DNA of 63,639 nucleotides, counting the filler, from Reclinomonas americana ATCC 50394 (lineage: Eukaryota), in assembly GCA_048213135.1 (NCBI GenBank). It is 14 parts of 14 records of this genome, joined end to end, with 100 filler letters (N's around TTAATTAATTAA, not from the genome) between each part and the next. Parts side by side here need not be neighbours in the genome. Positions count along the whole stretch, not along the records: positions 1 to 5,947 come from AFZH01022959.1; positions 6,048 to 11,989 come from AFZH01022960.1; positions 12,090 to 19,170 come from AFZH01022964.1; 11 more parts are not named here. One strand, 5' to 3'. Below are positions 1 through 13,203 of this stretch, piece by piece (within the stretch, counting starts at the first letter, position 1; every line of letters starts with the position of its first letter). The translations under genes were made by a program, and so were the position numbers. The notes beneath the pieces are model-generated. The model saw nothing but the letters and a program-made list of their open reading frames with translations, did no database searches and had not been told where the DNA came from.

Positions 1-3000
1 GGTTGACTCGTCGTGCAACGGTGGCACGGGAAGCATGCGCTCTCGTGACTCCCGCGGCGGTGGCTGCGGTGGTGGGGCAATTCTCTCAATGTTCGCTGCT
101 CGATCCTCGCAGGTGAGCGAGTGGGGTCGACTTTGAGAGGGCGTGCGTACACCGCTGCTGACTGACGCGAGATGCAGAACATCAACGACTGCAAGTTCGT
201 GGGCAACGCAGTCACCGCCAGTGGCAACGGGGGCACGGCAGACGGTATGCATTCCAGCTTCATGCGCGCAAGAGAAGGGGAGACTCAGCAGGTGTGTGGG
301 CAGGTGCGCGAGGCAGTGCAGACTCGTGGGGCGGAAATCATGGTGGCGGGGGTTTGTGGGTCGCCTTTGCGGATGATGGAGTGCAGGTGAGCCGTGTGCG
401 CTGCGTGCAAGCGACTCGATTTCGTGTATGAACACCCCCCGGGATGTGGCTTGCAGGTGATCACACAGTGTGAGTTTACCAGCAACGAGGCACGCGCTCT
501 CGGAAGTGGAGGCACCTCTGGTGAGTAAAATCGCGTGCAAAAAATGTGACTGCACGGATACGATTCTTATTCTCGGTGCAGAGGAAGACAGTGCAAGTGC
601 CAACGCTGTGTCGCCGCATGCTGGGGGTGCTGGCGTGTTTGTCAATTTTGTGAAGAAGGGAGACCAGGTGAGAATTACATTCGTGATTCCTGTTGCGCGT
701 GCTGCTCACGTGGCGAGCGACGACGCAGACAATTACCCAGTGCCTGTTTCAGCGCAACAAGTCCAGCGACAACCTGACGGGCGGAGTCAGCGGTAATCTT
801 AGACGTGTACATTACTATGTCCCGCCCTCGCGCCTGATTGGCATCTCTCTGTTTCTCTCCCACTCCCTCTCTCCCGTCAGATGGTTTCGTCAGCACAGCT
901 GACAGCATGCGGTCGACTCTGGGAGGCGGTGGCGGTGCACTGTGGGTCTCCATGGCCGGCGCTCTCTCACGGCAGGTACTGCAGAGTCGCATGAGTAACT
1001 CCTCCGTTGCAGTCGCGCCGTCTCACAGCAAGATATGCAGGTCCTGTCGCAGTGCAATTTTGTGGCGAACGAGTCACTTCGCAACGGCCGTGGAGGAAGT
1101 GCAGGTGCGGCGCTGGTCGAACAGAACACGAGTCGTCGTCATTCCATCTTCTCTTTTCTTCTCACTTCTCCGAGGTAGGGGGCGACTATGGCAGTGCGAA
1201 TGGACTGGGAGGCTTCCACGGTGGTGGCGCGATGTGGTTTCAGGCCACGAGCAGCGCCACGCAGACGATTGATGGGTGCACGTTTTCGCAAAACCATGTC
1301 GTCGGCAATAACAATGGCGGTCTCGCTTGTTGCGTTTTATTTCGCGCGCGCGGCCCACCTGCGACAGTGCGTTATTGACGGATCTGGTCGTTGCTTTCAT
1401 GCCATCGCAGCACATGCGGGCGGTCAGGCGGTCTCTGTTGGCGGGTTCACTGGTGGTGGTGCCTTGTACGTTTTGGTGTACTATTCGACGAATTTTGTCA
1501 TGGTAAGTCGCACGTGCAATCCGCTGTCAGCGCATCAGTGTTTGCTGAACTCGATCGTCTGTACGCCAGCTTGTCAACAATTGTACGTTTGTGGAGAATT
1601 CGGTCACCGACACGGCCAATGGTGGCGTCGGAGGTAAGAAGGAGGATGAAGGACGGTTTGGATGAGAGAGTGGATCGTGGATCGCAGCCCTCGTTGCTCA
1701 CTCTCCTCAACAGGTGATGTGACTGATGGCGATGCCAGCTGTGCGGGTGCCTACTATGGTGGCGGCGCATTGTGGATGTCTATTGACTCGAAGAACAGCT
1801 TGCAGGTGGAGGGCACACACACAGACGCGTAGGAGATGCTTGTTTCTTTGCCGTGTCATGTCTCATGGCTTCGTTCTACAGACGATTAGCAACTCGCGCT
1901 TTGTGAACAATGTGGTCGAGAATGTGGCACTTGGTGGCCACGATGGATACGATGGCAAGACAGCTGCGCTGGCGAGTGGCGGCGGTGGCCTGCTGATGCA
2001 AACCGTGCAAGACTCGTCGGTGGTGTGTGTTCACCGTTTCCCCTCTCGTGTGACGCATCGTGGCGGTTGACTGATCATCACGTGGCTCGACTGTAGACCG
2101 AGATCACCAACTGTGACTTTGTCGGCAACACGGTGCGGCACACTGCGGCCGGTGGCACGCGCAACTTCAACCGTGGCGATGCCTCCGGGTTTGCCAATGG
2201 CGGTGGAGGGCTGCTGGCGGCACTGCCCGGCACACTGCGGGTATGCATGCATCCAGTGTTCTGACAAACGGCATGCTGACTGCGCGTCCGCCTTGCATTC
2301 GCAGATTTCTGGCAGCCGCTTTGCGAATAACACTGTGGCGGAGAATGGTAAGAAATGTCGCTTACCGTACTCCCTGTTCTTCCCCGCCTCATTCCCCTGT
2401 CTTCATGCGTCATCCGTCAGCCACTGGAGGCGATCACAATGGTCAGTCGGCCAACAGCGCGTCGACATACGCAGGTGGCGGTGGCCTGCTTGTGTACTCG
2501 CCACCGACGCAGTTGGCACGCTTGGTGCGGTGATGATAATCGTGTATTAGCCCCGCACAGTTCTTGCTTGCTCACCGCTTGTGCGTGCAGATCTTGCGCG
2601 ACAGCTCATTCACATTCAATGTCAGCACCCGCAACTGCGCCGGTGGCTCGTACACTGGCAGTGGGTCGTCTTTTGCTACGTTTTGCGGTGGCGGGGGGGC
2701 ACTGCTTGTGGCCCCCGTGCTCACCGCAGCACAGGTATATTCATTCGTTCTCTTGTTCGCGAGGTGCTCGCCGCGATCTCTCATATGCACGTCGCGTGTC
2801 GACAGACGACATTCACTGTCAGCAACACCACCTTCTCGCACAATGCCTCTGTGCTCGACGGCAGCGGCGGCCTGCACAACTCGCTCAACGGGCAAGGCAG
2901 TTCGCATCACGGTGGCGGAGGCCTTCTCATTGCGAACCCCCCGGCTCTGGTGACAGGCTCTCAGTTTTTCGGCAACCGCGTGGTCGATGCCGGTGCCGGC

Positions 3001-6000
3001 AACGGGCAGTTTGTTTCTGGCCAGTTGTGCGGCGGTGGCGGTGCTTTGCTGTTCAACTCGGTCTCCCTTGTCTCGTCGGCGTTGAGTGGCAACTCGGTGA
3101 CCTCGAGTGTGCCGGAGGTGATTGCTGGTCGAGCCTGCGGTGGCGGCGCTATGCTCCTCGACAGTGCCAGCACGGCGAGCGCTGTGGTGGCCTCCAACAA
3201 CGCCGTGCTTGGCGACTTGATTAGTGGAGGCGGTGTCTTGGTCGGCGCGCAGTCGTTGCTGGCGCAATCGACCATGTCCACCAACCAGGCGGACGCGGCT
3301 GGCGGTGGAGTTGCCATGAGTGGTGTCGGTAGTCGCCTTGTTGCTACGACAGTTTCCGGCAATTCCTCGCCGCACGGCTACGGTGGTGGTATCGCGCTGA
3401 ATGAGGTGGCGACGGAAGCGACACTGCAGGCGGTGGTTGTCTCCCGCAATCGTGCACGGTACGGCGGTGGAATCACCGTGCAAGCAGATCGTGCGCACCT
3501 GCTTCTCTCGGCAGCCACAGTGGTTGAGCGCAACATTGCCGATCGCAACGGCGGCGGAATCTATCTGACTGCAACCGGTGCGCTGTCGGTGACAGAGGGA
3601 TCCGCTCTGCGCAGCAACCTTGCGCACCAGTTTGGCGGCGGTCTCTTTGCCGACTCGCAATCGCAGTCGCAGTTGTTGAATGCCGTCATCAGTGACAATG
3701 TGGCGGCGTTCGGTAGCGGCATGTATGCCGGCGAAGAGAGTGTGCACGAGTTGCAGCGCACCGACATTGCCCGTAATGTGGCATCGACGGCTGACGGAGG
3801 CGGACTGTGCCTGGAGGGAGCCACCTCCATGATTCTCACTGAGTGCACGTTGACGGACAACAGCGCAGCACTCGCAGGAGGCGCCGCTTTCTTGTCTCAG
3901 TTGGCCAATGTGCACTCTGACGACTGTCAGTTTACGGGCAATCAAGCGGCAACGTCGGGTGGTCACGTGTACGCCGGTGGCCTGAGCGCATGGGCAGACG
4001 CGGGCAGTTCGCTGCGTGGGGGCCTGGCGCAGCTCCGTGGTGGTGCTGCGTACGTGGCGGGGAGCGTGCAGGCCACTCTGGAGGACACGGTGCTCACTGA
4101 CAACTCGGTTGCGGCGGGGGTTGGCGGTGGAATGTCGATTGCAGAGACTGCGAATGTGACGTTGACGCGAGCCGAATTGACGGCCAATCAAGCTCAATCG
4201 GGTGGAGCAGTGCACACCGACAGCGCACCACAACTTGTGTTGCTCGACACTGTATTGCAGGGGAATCGTGCCGTGGCTGCCGGTGGCGCTCTCTACGGCG
4301 GTGGCCATGGAGTGATTCGCAGTAGCGGCTGCCACTTTGAGGAGAACGTGGCCCTGCGTGGCGACGGCGGTGCAGCGTCGCTCAGCAACAGCACCATGGT
4401 GACACTGACGGATGCAGTATTCGACAGCAACGTGTCGGGCAGTCGCGGCGGGGCCCTTGCTCTCAACATGACTGCCGCGAGCGCGAATCAGATGGCGGCT
4501 GGTGCACATGACGCACCGCCGACTGGTATGACACTCGAACGAGTAGTACTGCGTCGCAACCGCGCCGAGGCTCCAGCGGCGCAGGAGGGTGCGCGAACGC
4601 TCGGGCAAGGTGCTGGTGGAGGCTTGTTCTGGGACGGCGGCAGTGATCCGCAGCTGCTCGCCACTGTCGCAGCCGCGTTTGAGGAGAACGGCGGATGGCG
4701 ACGCTGGCTACAGGCACGCGATGTTACAACCGAAGACAATATGGCGACCAACGCAGAAGCAAGTGATATTGGCAGCAGTTGCGTATGCTGTTGATTGACA
4801 GCGTGCGCCCAGTTCTTTTTGTTCATTTTCGTTGCATAACGTACGTGCATGTGCTGCATTGTGTGCAGCATTCTTCGACGTGGTGCTGGATGTGTCCAGC
4901 GGACTACCGTACTCGTCGCCCGAGACGCCGCGCGTCTTGCGTGTGAACGCCACCGATGTGGCCGGCCAATTCATGTCGACGTTGGACAGCACGCTGTTCA
5001 CAGTCTACTGTCCCGGTTGCAGTGCAGGCGTTGCGTGCTGCTCACCATCGCGCCAATTGCGGTATGCGTGCGTTCACTGATTGTTCCTCGAATGCATCGG
5101 CAGAGCACGAGTCAATCGCAGGCGACGCACAACGGCACCGCCGTGTATCAGTTGCTTGTCAATGTGCGCGGCGAAGACGGTGGTGGTGGTGGTGCGGTCA
5201 ACCGCACACTTCGTGCGGACGACTCGACGACAACTACCGCCACTACGTTTACCGTCTCCGTGACTACCACCGGCAGTGGCTCCTTTTCTGGTTCTTCGCC
5301 CGCCCTGGCCATGGAAGTAGAGCCGTGTCCCGCGGGCATGGAGTACACGAATGTTGGCTGCCAGCAGTGCCCGCTGGGGTTCTACTCGCTTCCTGGCCCC
5401 TCGTTCAATCAGACGTGTCAGTTGTGCCCCGAGCACGTCGAGTGTCTCGGCGGCACCGCGGTGCTCCTCAAGGCGGCCTACTGGACGTTCCCTCAGGATG
5501 CGGACTGGATAATACAGCCGGTACACGCGCGCGGTACCACGGGAGCCACCGTCCTTCCGCCAGCCAACGGCAAGCTAGTGGCCTACCCGTGTCCTTTCAA
5601 TTACTGCGAGCGACCCGACAGTGCCTCAGTGGTAGCAACTGACGACCAGCCCGCTGATTACTGCAATGAGGAGTCCGACCGGGATCCCAAGTCGCCGACC
5701 GGGATCCCAAGTCGCCGATGTGCGGTGCTTGTCGGGTGGGTGGGAGGAGAAGGGGAAGGGCGGGAAGAGGGAAGGGGAAGGGGCGGGAAGGGGAAGGGGG
5801 ACGGGGGGAAGGGGGAAGGGAGAAGGGCGGGAAGGGTGGGAAGCAGAGAGAGTGCTGGAGAAGAGAAGGAGAAGCAGGAAGAGTGGCGAAGGGAAGGAGG
5901 GAAGAGTGGTAAAGGAAGGGGAAAGCAGAAGGAGTGAAGGAGAAACCNNNNNNNNNNNNNNNNNNNNNNNNNNNNNNNNNNNNNNNNNNNNTTAATTAAT

Positions 6001-9000
6001 TAANNNNNNNNNNNNNNNNNNNNNNNNNNNNNNNNNNNNNNNNNNNNGGGGTGAGAGGAGGAACAGGGGAAGGGGGGAATGGGAAAGGAGAAAGAGGGGA
6101 AAGAACGGGGAAGACTAGTAAAGGAAGGGGAAAGCAGAAAGAGTGGGAAGACGAAGAGTCGGGAAAGGGTGAAGGGGGCGAAAGTCGATTAGTGGCGAAG
6201 TGAGGGTTGTGAGATAGAGAGCAGTGGGGTTGCGAATCTTAGAGTTGGGGTGCGGTAAAGGGTGAGAGGGAAAGAAGACGATGAGATGGTAGGTGGGTGT
6301 TCGTTGCCAAGTGACAGAGAGCTACCGTGATTGTACTGTGGCAAGAGGAGGGAGTATGGCGCGAGTGAGTTGCAGTGAAATGTTACAGAGAGTTGGAGTG
6401 CGATGAGCAAAAACGTGGAATGGCGAAGACAGAGTACGTGAGAGAGACGATGAGATTGTGGAAGAGTTAAGAACTCCGCCGTACCCGAGCAGAATGCAGG
6501 AGAGATGAGACGTGATGATGAGGCGTATGTGCGAGAGATAGAGAGTGGACAAGGGCTACGATATCAACAGCGGAGGTGCTGAGGAAGTCTTCGAGAGAGA
6601 GAAATGACGATGATGCAGGAGAAAACGTGATTCTTAGTTGTCTGTCTTCTCACTTATCCACCCTCCTTCCACCTCACGCCTCTCCTTTTCCCTCTCACTT
6701 GGCGACAGAGTCGCCTCGTCCTCCATTCACTTCTTACTCCACGAACCCTTCCTGTTCCACATCTGTCCGTAAGAGTATCACCGATTGTGTGCTCTGTTCT
6801 CATAGCTTGTGTTGCTCAGGCGGGTTTCTCACACTGGGAGGGCGAATGTGTGCCGTGTGAAAAAACCACGGCGCTGGCCCGTGTTGTCACCTTGGGGAAG
6901 ATGTGGGGCTTTGTCATTTTCATGCACATCATCTTTCAGGGTGGTGGTGGTGGTACGTTGACATCCGTTACCGCAAACGCCATGCGCCACACTGTCTCAG
7001 TCTGAGTGTGTGCCCGCAGCGTCGGCGGAGATGTTGATTTTTACGCTCCAGACGACCGCGCAGCTCTTCTACCCCAATACGGAACTTTTCTCGGTTACAA
7101 AGCTTCTGGAGTTTGTCGTGCCGGCCTTCTTCGAAGTCGGTTGTCCTTTCAACCTCGACGCTGCTTCGGACTTGGTGGGCCACACGCTTTCGGAGTTGTC
7201 GTACCTGCTGATCCTGTGGTGTACATTCTTGGTGCACCGTCTGCTCAGCTGGCTCCTGGTACGGTGCACTACCACCAAGACCAAGGCCACCGCACCGATT
7301 TCACCTGTAATACCGAGACCAATGTCGCCTGACGCGGATACGTCACTACCGGCGGCACCGCTGCCACGAATCTCGTCCATGGCGCGTTTCGCTCAGTGGG
7401 CGCGTCGGACCGCATCGGTCGACTCGTACATGACGACGACGGTGATTCTGCTCATCGGCTGCTACGAGGGTCTGGCGGAGACAGCGCTCACGTTTTTCAC
7501 GTGCACTCGAGTGGGCCAGTCGAGTGTGGTACTCTTTTCGCCCAGCATCGTCTGCTACGAGGGAGTGTGCGTCGTCTTGATTTTGCCGCGGCGTGCTTGA
7601 TACCGGACTGATCCGTTGTATGTCACACACAGATGGAACAAGCTGTTGCCGATGTATGTCATTCAGATGGCGGCCGCCGCCTCGGCGCCTGTGCTGGTGG
7701 CGATATGGACTGTGCGCCTTCGCAGTCAGCACCGCCTGCACGACCCGCAAGTATGCTTGGCCAGTGATCCGTCACACTCCTGTGTCAGTTTGATGATGGT
7801 TTGGGTGCAGGTTATGAGGCGGTATGGAGCACTTTACGATCATTTCCGACCACGAGTGGTGTGGTATCAAGGTGCGGTGAATGGCGAGAAGGGGGAAAGG
7901 GGAGAGGGGCAGGAGGTTGAAAGGCGTGTACGTGTGGGCAAGTGAGTGTGACAATTCGTGGTGAATGTGAGTGTGTGAGCGCGTGAGACACGAAGACCAT
8001 GAAGAAGACGAGAGGGAGAATAGTAAACAGACGAGATGAAACATATGCCAAGGAAGGACAGTGCAGAAGAGAAGAAGAGACTGAAGAGGACGAGGATGAG
8101 GATTATCCGTGCTGTGGGTACTGGAAGAAATAGATGAAAACTTCGTTTCGATCGTCTCTCGCTTGTCACGTTTGCTCGAGATAGGTGGTGTAGAGATCCT
8201 GTCGAGTGTTTCTCTCTCAGCGAATCTGTGTGGCAGTGAATGGTTGCAGACAAGCAGTATGTCACCACGAAACTCGAGTGGTTTCGACACTGCACTGCTT
8301 ACCGAACTAGTTCTCTCTCTCTCTCTCTCTCCCTCTCTCTTGTTCATCGCTATGCTGTGATTGACACTGGCGATTCCTTGCTGCAGGATACCAGCTCTCT
8401 CGGCGACTGATCGTACTCGGAACCCTATTCCCGATTGCCGCGATCAACGCGCTCGACGTGTTGCCGCTGGCCTTGTGGGTAGTCTGCGTGCTATTCCTGA
8501 CGGTACACCTAGCGGTGCAACCGTACGAGCACCGCCTCTGCAACATTCTCGAAGCCATTGGCTTGGGCGGCCTGGTGGCCATTGCCACCATCTTTACTTC
8601 GTCGGTGTCACTCGACTTCAAAGTACGCACCTCCATCGCTCTGCTCCTGATCGTGGGTGCCGTCCTTGCGGCACCGCTCGCGTTAGACGCACTGAAGATG
8701 CTGCGCAATGTGTGGCGGAGAATACGACGCAGGTGCTGCGCATGCGGCAGCAGGTCGGTGCAGAGCAAGCTGTCGGCGTTTGAAGGTGCGTGGTGGTGGG
8801 ATTGAGTGCTTCCTCTCGCTCAGCCGTAAAATGGGTGGCTGCAATAACAGAGGCGGACCGTGGTAGCAGCTCACTGCACGAGTTACCGCTACTAAGCGTG
8901 GCGCCCGGAACTCCGCACTCTGCACCGGCACTATTATCATTCGTGGCGCCGGAGGGCGCTTTCAGTGCAAAGAACGACGAGGACAGCTCAGAGGGTGTGG

Positions 9001-9332
9001 ACCGCGGTGATGAATTGCGGCTAGTTGCGTGTATCCTCGCAAGTGTCTGTGCGCGACAAGGATGGGGGGAATGAGTAACCCATATTGGATTACAGTTCAC
9101 ACCGAGTCGGCGAGCGCGCTTGCTCAGCGCCTACGAAATTTCGCCGTTGCACGAGTCGCTGCCTCCGGCGCCTCCGTTACCACCTCCACCACCGCCGCCT
9201 CCCGCACCGCGACGGGTGTTGATTGCTGCATTCGATGAGGAAGACGGTGTGGCCGGAGAGCGCGAGCTTGCAAGAGAGATGCAAGTCCGCCCGCAATCAG
9301 CCGCGCGGACAATGCCACATGTTGTAGAGTGA
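1..9332 (+). CDS. Large multi-exon cell-surface protein, 5' truncated: Pmp-like GGA(L/I/V)/FxxN right-handed beta-helix repeats, Cys-rich region, multi-pass (7TM-like) membrane domain, Pro-rich cytoplasmic tail
   Basis: Repeated GGGAL/GGGI..F..N motifs occur in many short GT-AG exons and in the long exon within ORF 2581-4794. Cys motifs CPAG..CQQCPLGFYS..CQLCP lie at ~5325-5450, and CGACR|AGFSHWEGECVPCE continues across the gap. Hydrophobic exons at 6.9-8.8 kb carry YGALYDHFRP..WY and QPYEHRLCNILE. The last exon (PPPPPPP) stops at 9332. A 20-bp duplication at 5675-5714 breaks the frame. Confidence 0.75.
5948..6047. other. Artificial 100-bp gap spacer N44-TTAATTAATTAA-N44; others start at 11990, 19171, 21241, 23186, 25484, 44476, 47633, 50019, 52050, 55365, 58773 and 62043
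   Basis: Identical structure 13 times; the core has stop codons in all six frames. Confidence 0.98.
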
Positions 9333-9363
9333 AGTGAGATCAGCAGAATGAATGACCTGCTAT

Positions 9364-10507
9364 TCATTGCATGGCGGAATACCACTCAGGCGCACGGCGC
9401 TCAATCACCTCCGCATCCTCCAACACAAAACACCGCAGTACGACGTCCACAAGGATCCAGTCATGGTGGTCGTCGGCAAGCAGCCCGTTGATGGCCAGCA
9501 CAGCTGATCGTGCGGCCGCAAGCTCTTGCCGCGCCAGCCCACGCGGCGAGGACCACACTCGGATCGTCTCGTCCTGACTCGCGCTTACCACATGCAGACC
9601 ATCGGGAGTGACGGCGACAGAGAACGCACCTCCAGTGTGACCCACCAAACGTCGCAATTCTTGCCCACTCGTCAGCGACCACACCCGCACCGTCTTGTCA
9701 TCGCTGCCGCTCACAACGTACTGACCATCGGGAGTGACGGCGACGGATCCCACCGCGCCAGTGTGCCCCTCCAAACGCCGCATTTCTTCACCACTCGCCA
9801 GTAACCAGACCCACACAGTCCTATCCCTGCCACTCACGATATGCAGGCCATCGGGAGTGACAGCGACAGAATTAACCCACCTGGAGAGTCCCTCCATCCG
9901 TAGTAATTCTTCTCCACTCGCCAGTGACCACACCCGCAATGTTCTGTCCTCACCCCCGCTCACAATGTGTTGGCCATTGGGAGTGACAGCAAGGGACCAC
10001 ACGGCACCAGCACATCTCGCCAACTGGCGCACTTCTTCGCCACTCGCCAGTGACCTCACGCGTACCATACCAAAATAACTCCCACTCACGATGTGTCGAC
10101 CGTCGGGAGTAACGGCGACAGAAAGCACTCCGCCGAATGTTTCATCAAACCGTCTCACCTCCTCTCCACTCGCCAGTAACCACACTCTCACTGTCTTATC
10201 CATGCCGCCAGTCACAATGTGCTGGCCGTCGGGAGTGATGTCGACAGACCACACCTTGTCAGTGTGTCCTTCCAACCGTCGCACTTCTTCGCCACTCGCC
10301 AGTGACCAAACTCGCGCCGATCCATCATAGCCGCCGCTCACAATAAATTGACCATCCGGGGTGACGGCGACACATTTCACCGCGTCTGTGTGACCCTGCA
10401 AGATCTGTGTCGACTATGGGTACAAAGAGAGAGAGACAGAGAAAGAGAAAGCAACAGCCACTAATAGAATCCTTCGCACGCGTGTGTGAGCGTACCTTAG
10501 TTGTCAT
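9364..10507 (-). CDS. WD40-only protein copy 1 (7 repeats, type-A tail)
   Basis: Exon 1 is 10496-10507 (ATG ACA ACT AAG, MTTK), followed by a GT..CAG intron at 10405-10495 and exon 2 at 9364-10404. Seven WD repeats; tail RGLARQELAAARSAVLAINGLL..DWILVDVVLRCFVLEDAEVIERRAP. Confidence 0.9.
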
Positions 10508-12089
10508 TTGGAAAGATAAATGACTCTTGTGTCTCTCTTGATAGGTTCGCTTCTGTTGACTTGCGCTCTTCGGAGAACCAGCCACTTGGTTGGTACTCTC
10601 GGTGGTAAACGAAGAGTCTGTTCTCGTGAGCGTGTATGTGTATGCGTGTGTTGCTCGCTTCTGATTGTCACCGGTTCCCGCTTTTCTTCTCCCGCCTTGC
10701 TCTGAGACGTCGTCCATCCCTCGCCAGGCTGCAGCCAGTACCCCACACAACAGACGGTAGTGTGAGCAATGTGGCTTCGTTGATGTATGTGGTCTTCGAA
10801 GACCGATTTGGACTTGTTGATGGGAAATCCGCAGAATGGACATGCAAGGTGGTGGTGACACAAGGTGAAGCTCCACTGCACCGTGCTGCTGACCAGCGAC
10901 ACTCTCTTTTGACTGACCTGCATTCTCTGTCAACGAGGACTGGCATGTCGGGCTGCTTGGATACGCAGCTGCGGCCCTGGTGTGCTGATGCCACGGCACA
11001 CCCGAGAATCCATGGAGCACCGAGTCTTCGAAACCTCACACTTCCTTGGATCGGCCCACAGCGAGGTTGACGAGGGTACGACGAAGAAAGAGAGACTCAA
11101 GGGATATGAGAGGAGCGACCAGCGCAGCAGCACAGCGGTGGAAGAGGCAGCTGCGTCGTGTGACTCGCCTCCCCTCACCCAGATCTAGATCACAATCAAT
11201 GCCTCGTGCCTTCAAAGACACTCACAGTCGGTCGGTTGAATCGTCTCATGCAGGCAACCACGTGCCGTCGACATCATGCTGCATGCATGCTAGTGGCCAA
11301 TCACTTGCCAATACGCCTGTGTTCAGATCACACAGAGAACTGCGTCAGTCAATCTCCAAGTCTCGTCAACTTGTTCCTCAACGCAGATGCAGAACGCGCG
11401 CGCACCATGTGTTGCTGGCCGAGCATGCGTCTGCAGTCTCCTGTGGCCACCAACATCATCACTCGACAGAGACAGCATCAGCCAAGGTGCACACACCATC
11501 GATCCGCTCCGACTTGCCAGCCCACCGACAAGGCCACCATCGCACATAATGGCACGCGCGCATGTGTACATCCTCTCAGCCACGTTCTCCATGATACGCA
11601 CGGCCTGCATGGATGAGGTGAGTGGGAGCGAAGGAGGAAAGAAAGATCAAGACGAACAAGGCCACACACCTGCATCGTGCATTGGTGGGATGCGAGTGGG
11701 GAGCCGACTGAGTGAGGTGACAGCCGGTAGCGGGCGATGCACAGCACGCCTGCAATCATTACGGAACAACAACGAGGAGCACGTGTTTTCGAGGTGCCTG
11801 CATATAGGTGCACTGTGAGCAAAAGGAAAAGAGGAAGGAGAGAGAAATCTGCTCTGTCTCAACGACGAACACACCGATCAGCATCTGGTATCAACACGCG
11901 TTTGGGCAAGAGGCAAGGCGAGGGATGCTTCTTCACATACATCCATCCTACAAGGGAGAGAAGGAGCAGAGTCAGTATGCAGGTATGCCNNNNNNNNNNN
12001 NNNNNNNNNNNNNNNNNNNNNNNNNNNNNNNNNTTAATTAATTAANNNNNNNNNNNNNNNNNNNNNNNNNNNNNNNNNNNNNNNNNNNN

Positions 12090-13203
12090 CTCGGGAAGGC
12101 ATCGTGAATCTACTTCCTCCTCGACTGCCCTCCTCTCCTCCTGCATCTCTTGAATAGCCTGCATGGCCGAGCGTGCGGCGTCGAGTTCGAAGCCAGCAAG
12201 GCCACGCGGAGACGACCGCACTCGCACGGTCTCGTCGTAGCCACCCGCACTCACAATGTGCTGACCATTGGGAGAGAGGGCCACAGACGACACCCAGTCA
12301 GTGTGTCCCTCCAACTGTCGCATTAGCTGTCCACTTGCCAGAGACCATACCCGAATGGAGCTGTCCCCGCTCCCGCTCACGATGTGCTGTCCATTTGGGG
12401 TGACGGCGACAGACGACACCCAGTCAGTGTGTCCCTCCAACCGTCGCACTTGGTCTCCACTCGCAAGCGACCACACTCGCATGGTGTTGTCCCGACTCCC
12501 ACTAAAAATATGCCGACAATCTGGAGTGACAGTAACAGAGTACACCCATCCAGTGTGTCCCGCCAATCGTCGCACCTCCTCCCCACTCGCCATCAACCAC
12601 ACTCGCACTGTGTTGTCGCAGCTACCACTCACAATATGCTGACTATCGGGGGTGACGGCGACAGACCGCACCGTGTCTGTGTGTCCCTCCAGCCGTCGCA
12701 CCTCCTCCCCACTCGCCAGAGACCACACTCTCACTGTGTTATCGTAGCTGCCGCTGACAATGTGCTGGTCATCGAAGGCGACGGCAACTGACCGCACCGC
12801 ATTGGCGTGCCCCTCCAGCCGTCGCTCTTCTTCCCCACTCGCCAGCGACCACACACGTACGGTACAGTCTCCACACCCACTCACTATCTGCTGGCCATCT
12901 TGGGTGACGGCGACAGAAAACACCACATCAGTGGGTCCCACCAGCCGTCGCACTTCTTTGCCACTCGCCAGTGACCACACTCGAACGGTACTGTCCAAGC
13001 ACCCACCGACAATATGCTTGTTATCGGGAGTGACGACGACGGACCACACCGCAGCGAGACTACGAATGATCTGTGCCGATCACTCGCAGTGAGACGCAAT
13101 GCACAGCGACACAAACAACAACCGCACACGATGCACAAGCACACGAATGCACGCACACACACCAACCACGCAAAAGCGCACACATTCACACCTTTGTTGC
13201 CAT
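12090..13203 (-). CDS. WD40-only protein copy 2 (7 repeats, type-B tail, 3' end in gap)
   Basis: Exon 1 is 13192-13203 (MATK), intron 13071-13191, and exon 2 starts IIRSLAAVWSV in frame with ORF 12042-13049. Tail ELDAARSAMQAIQEMQEE..VDSRCLPE runs into the gap. Confidence 0.85.

Noticed and set aside
2572..4608. 678-aa minus-strand ORF and the many antisense ORFs over WD40 genes
   Set aside because: Shadow frames of GC-rich coding sequence with no recognisable motifs.
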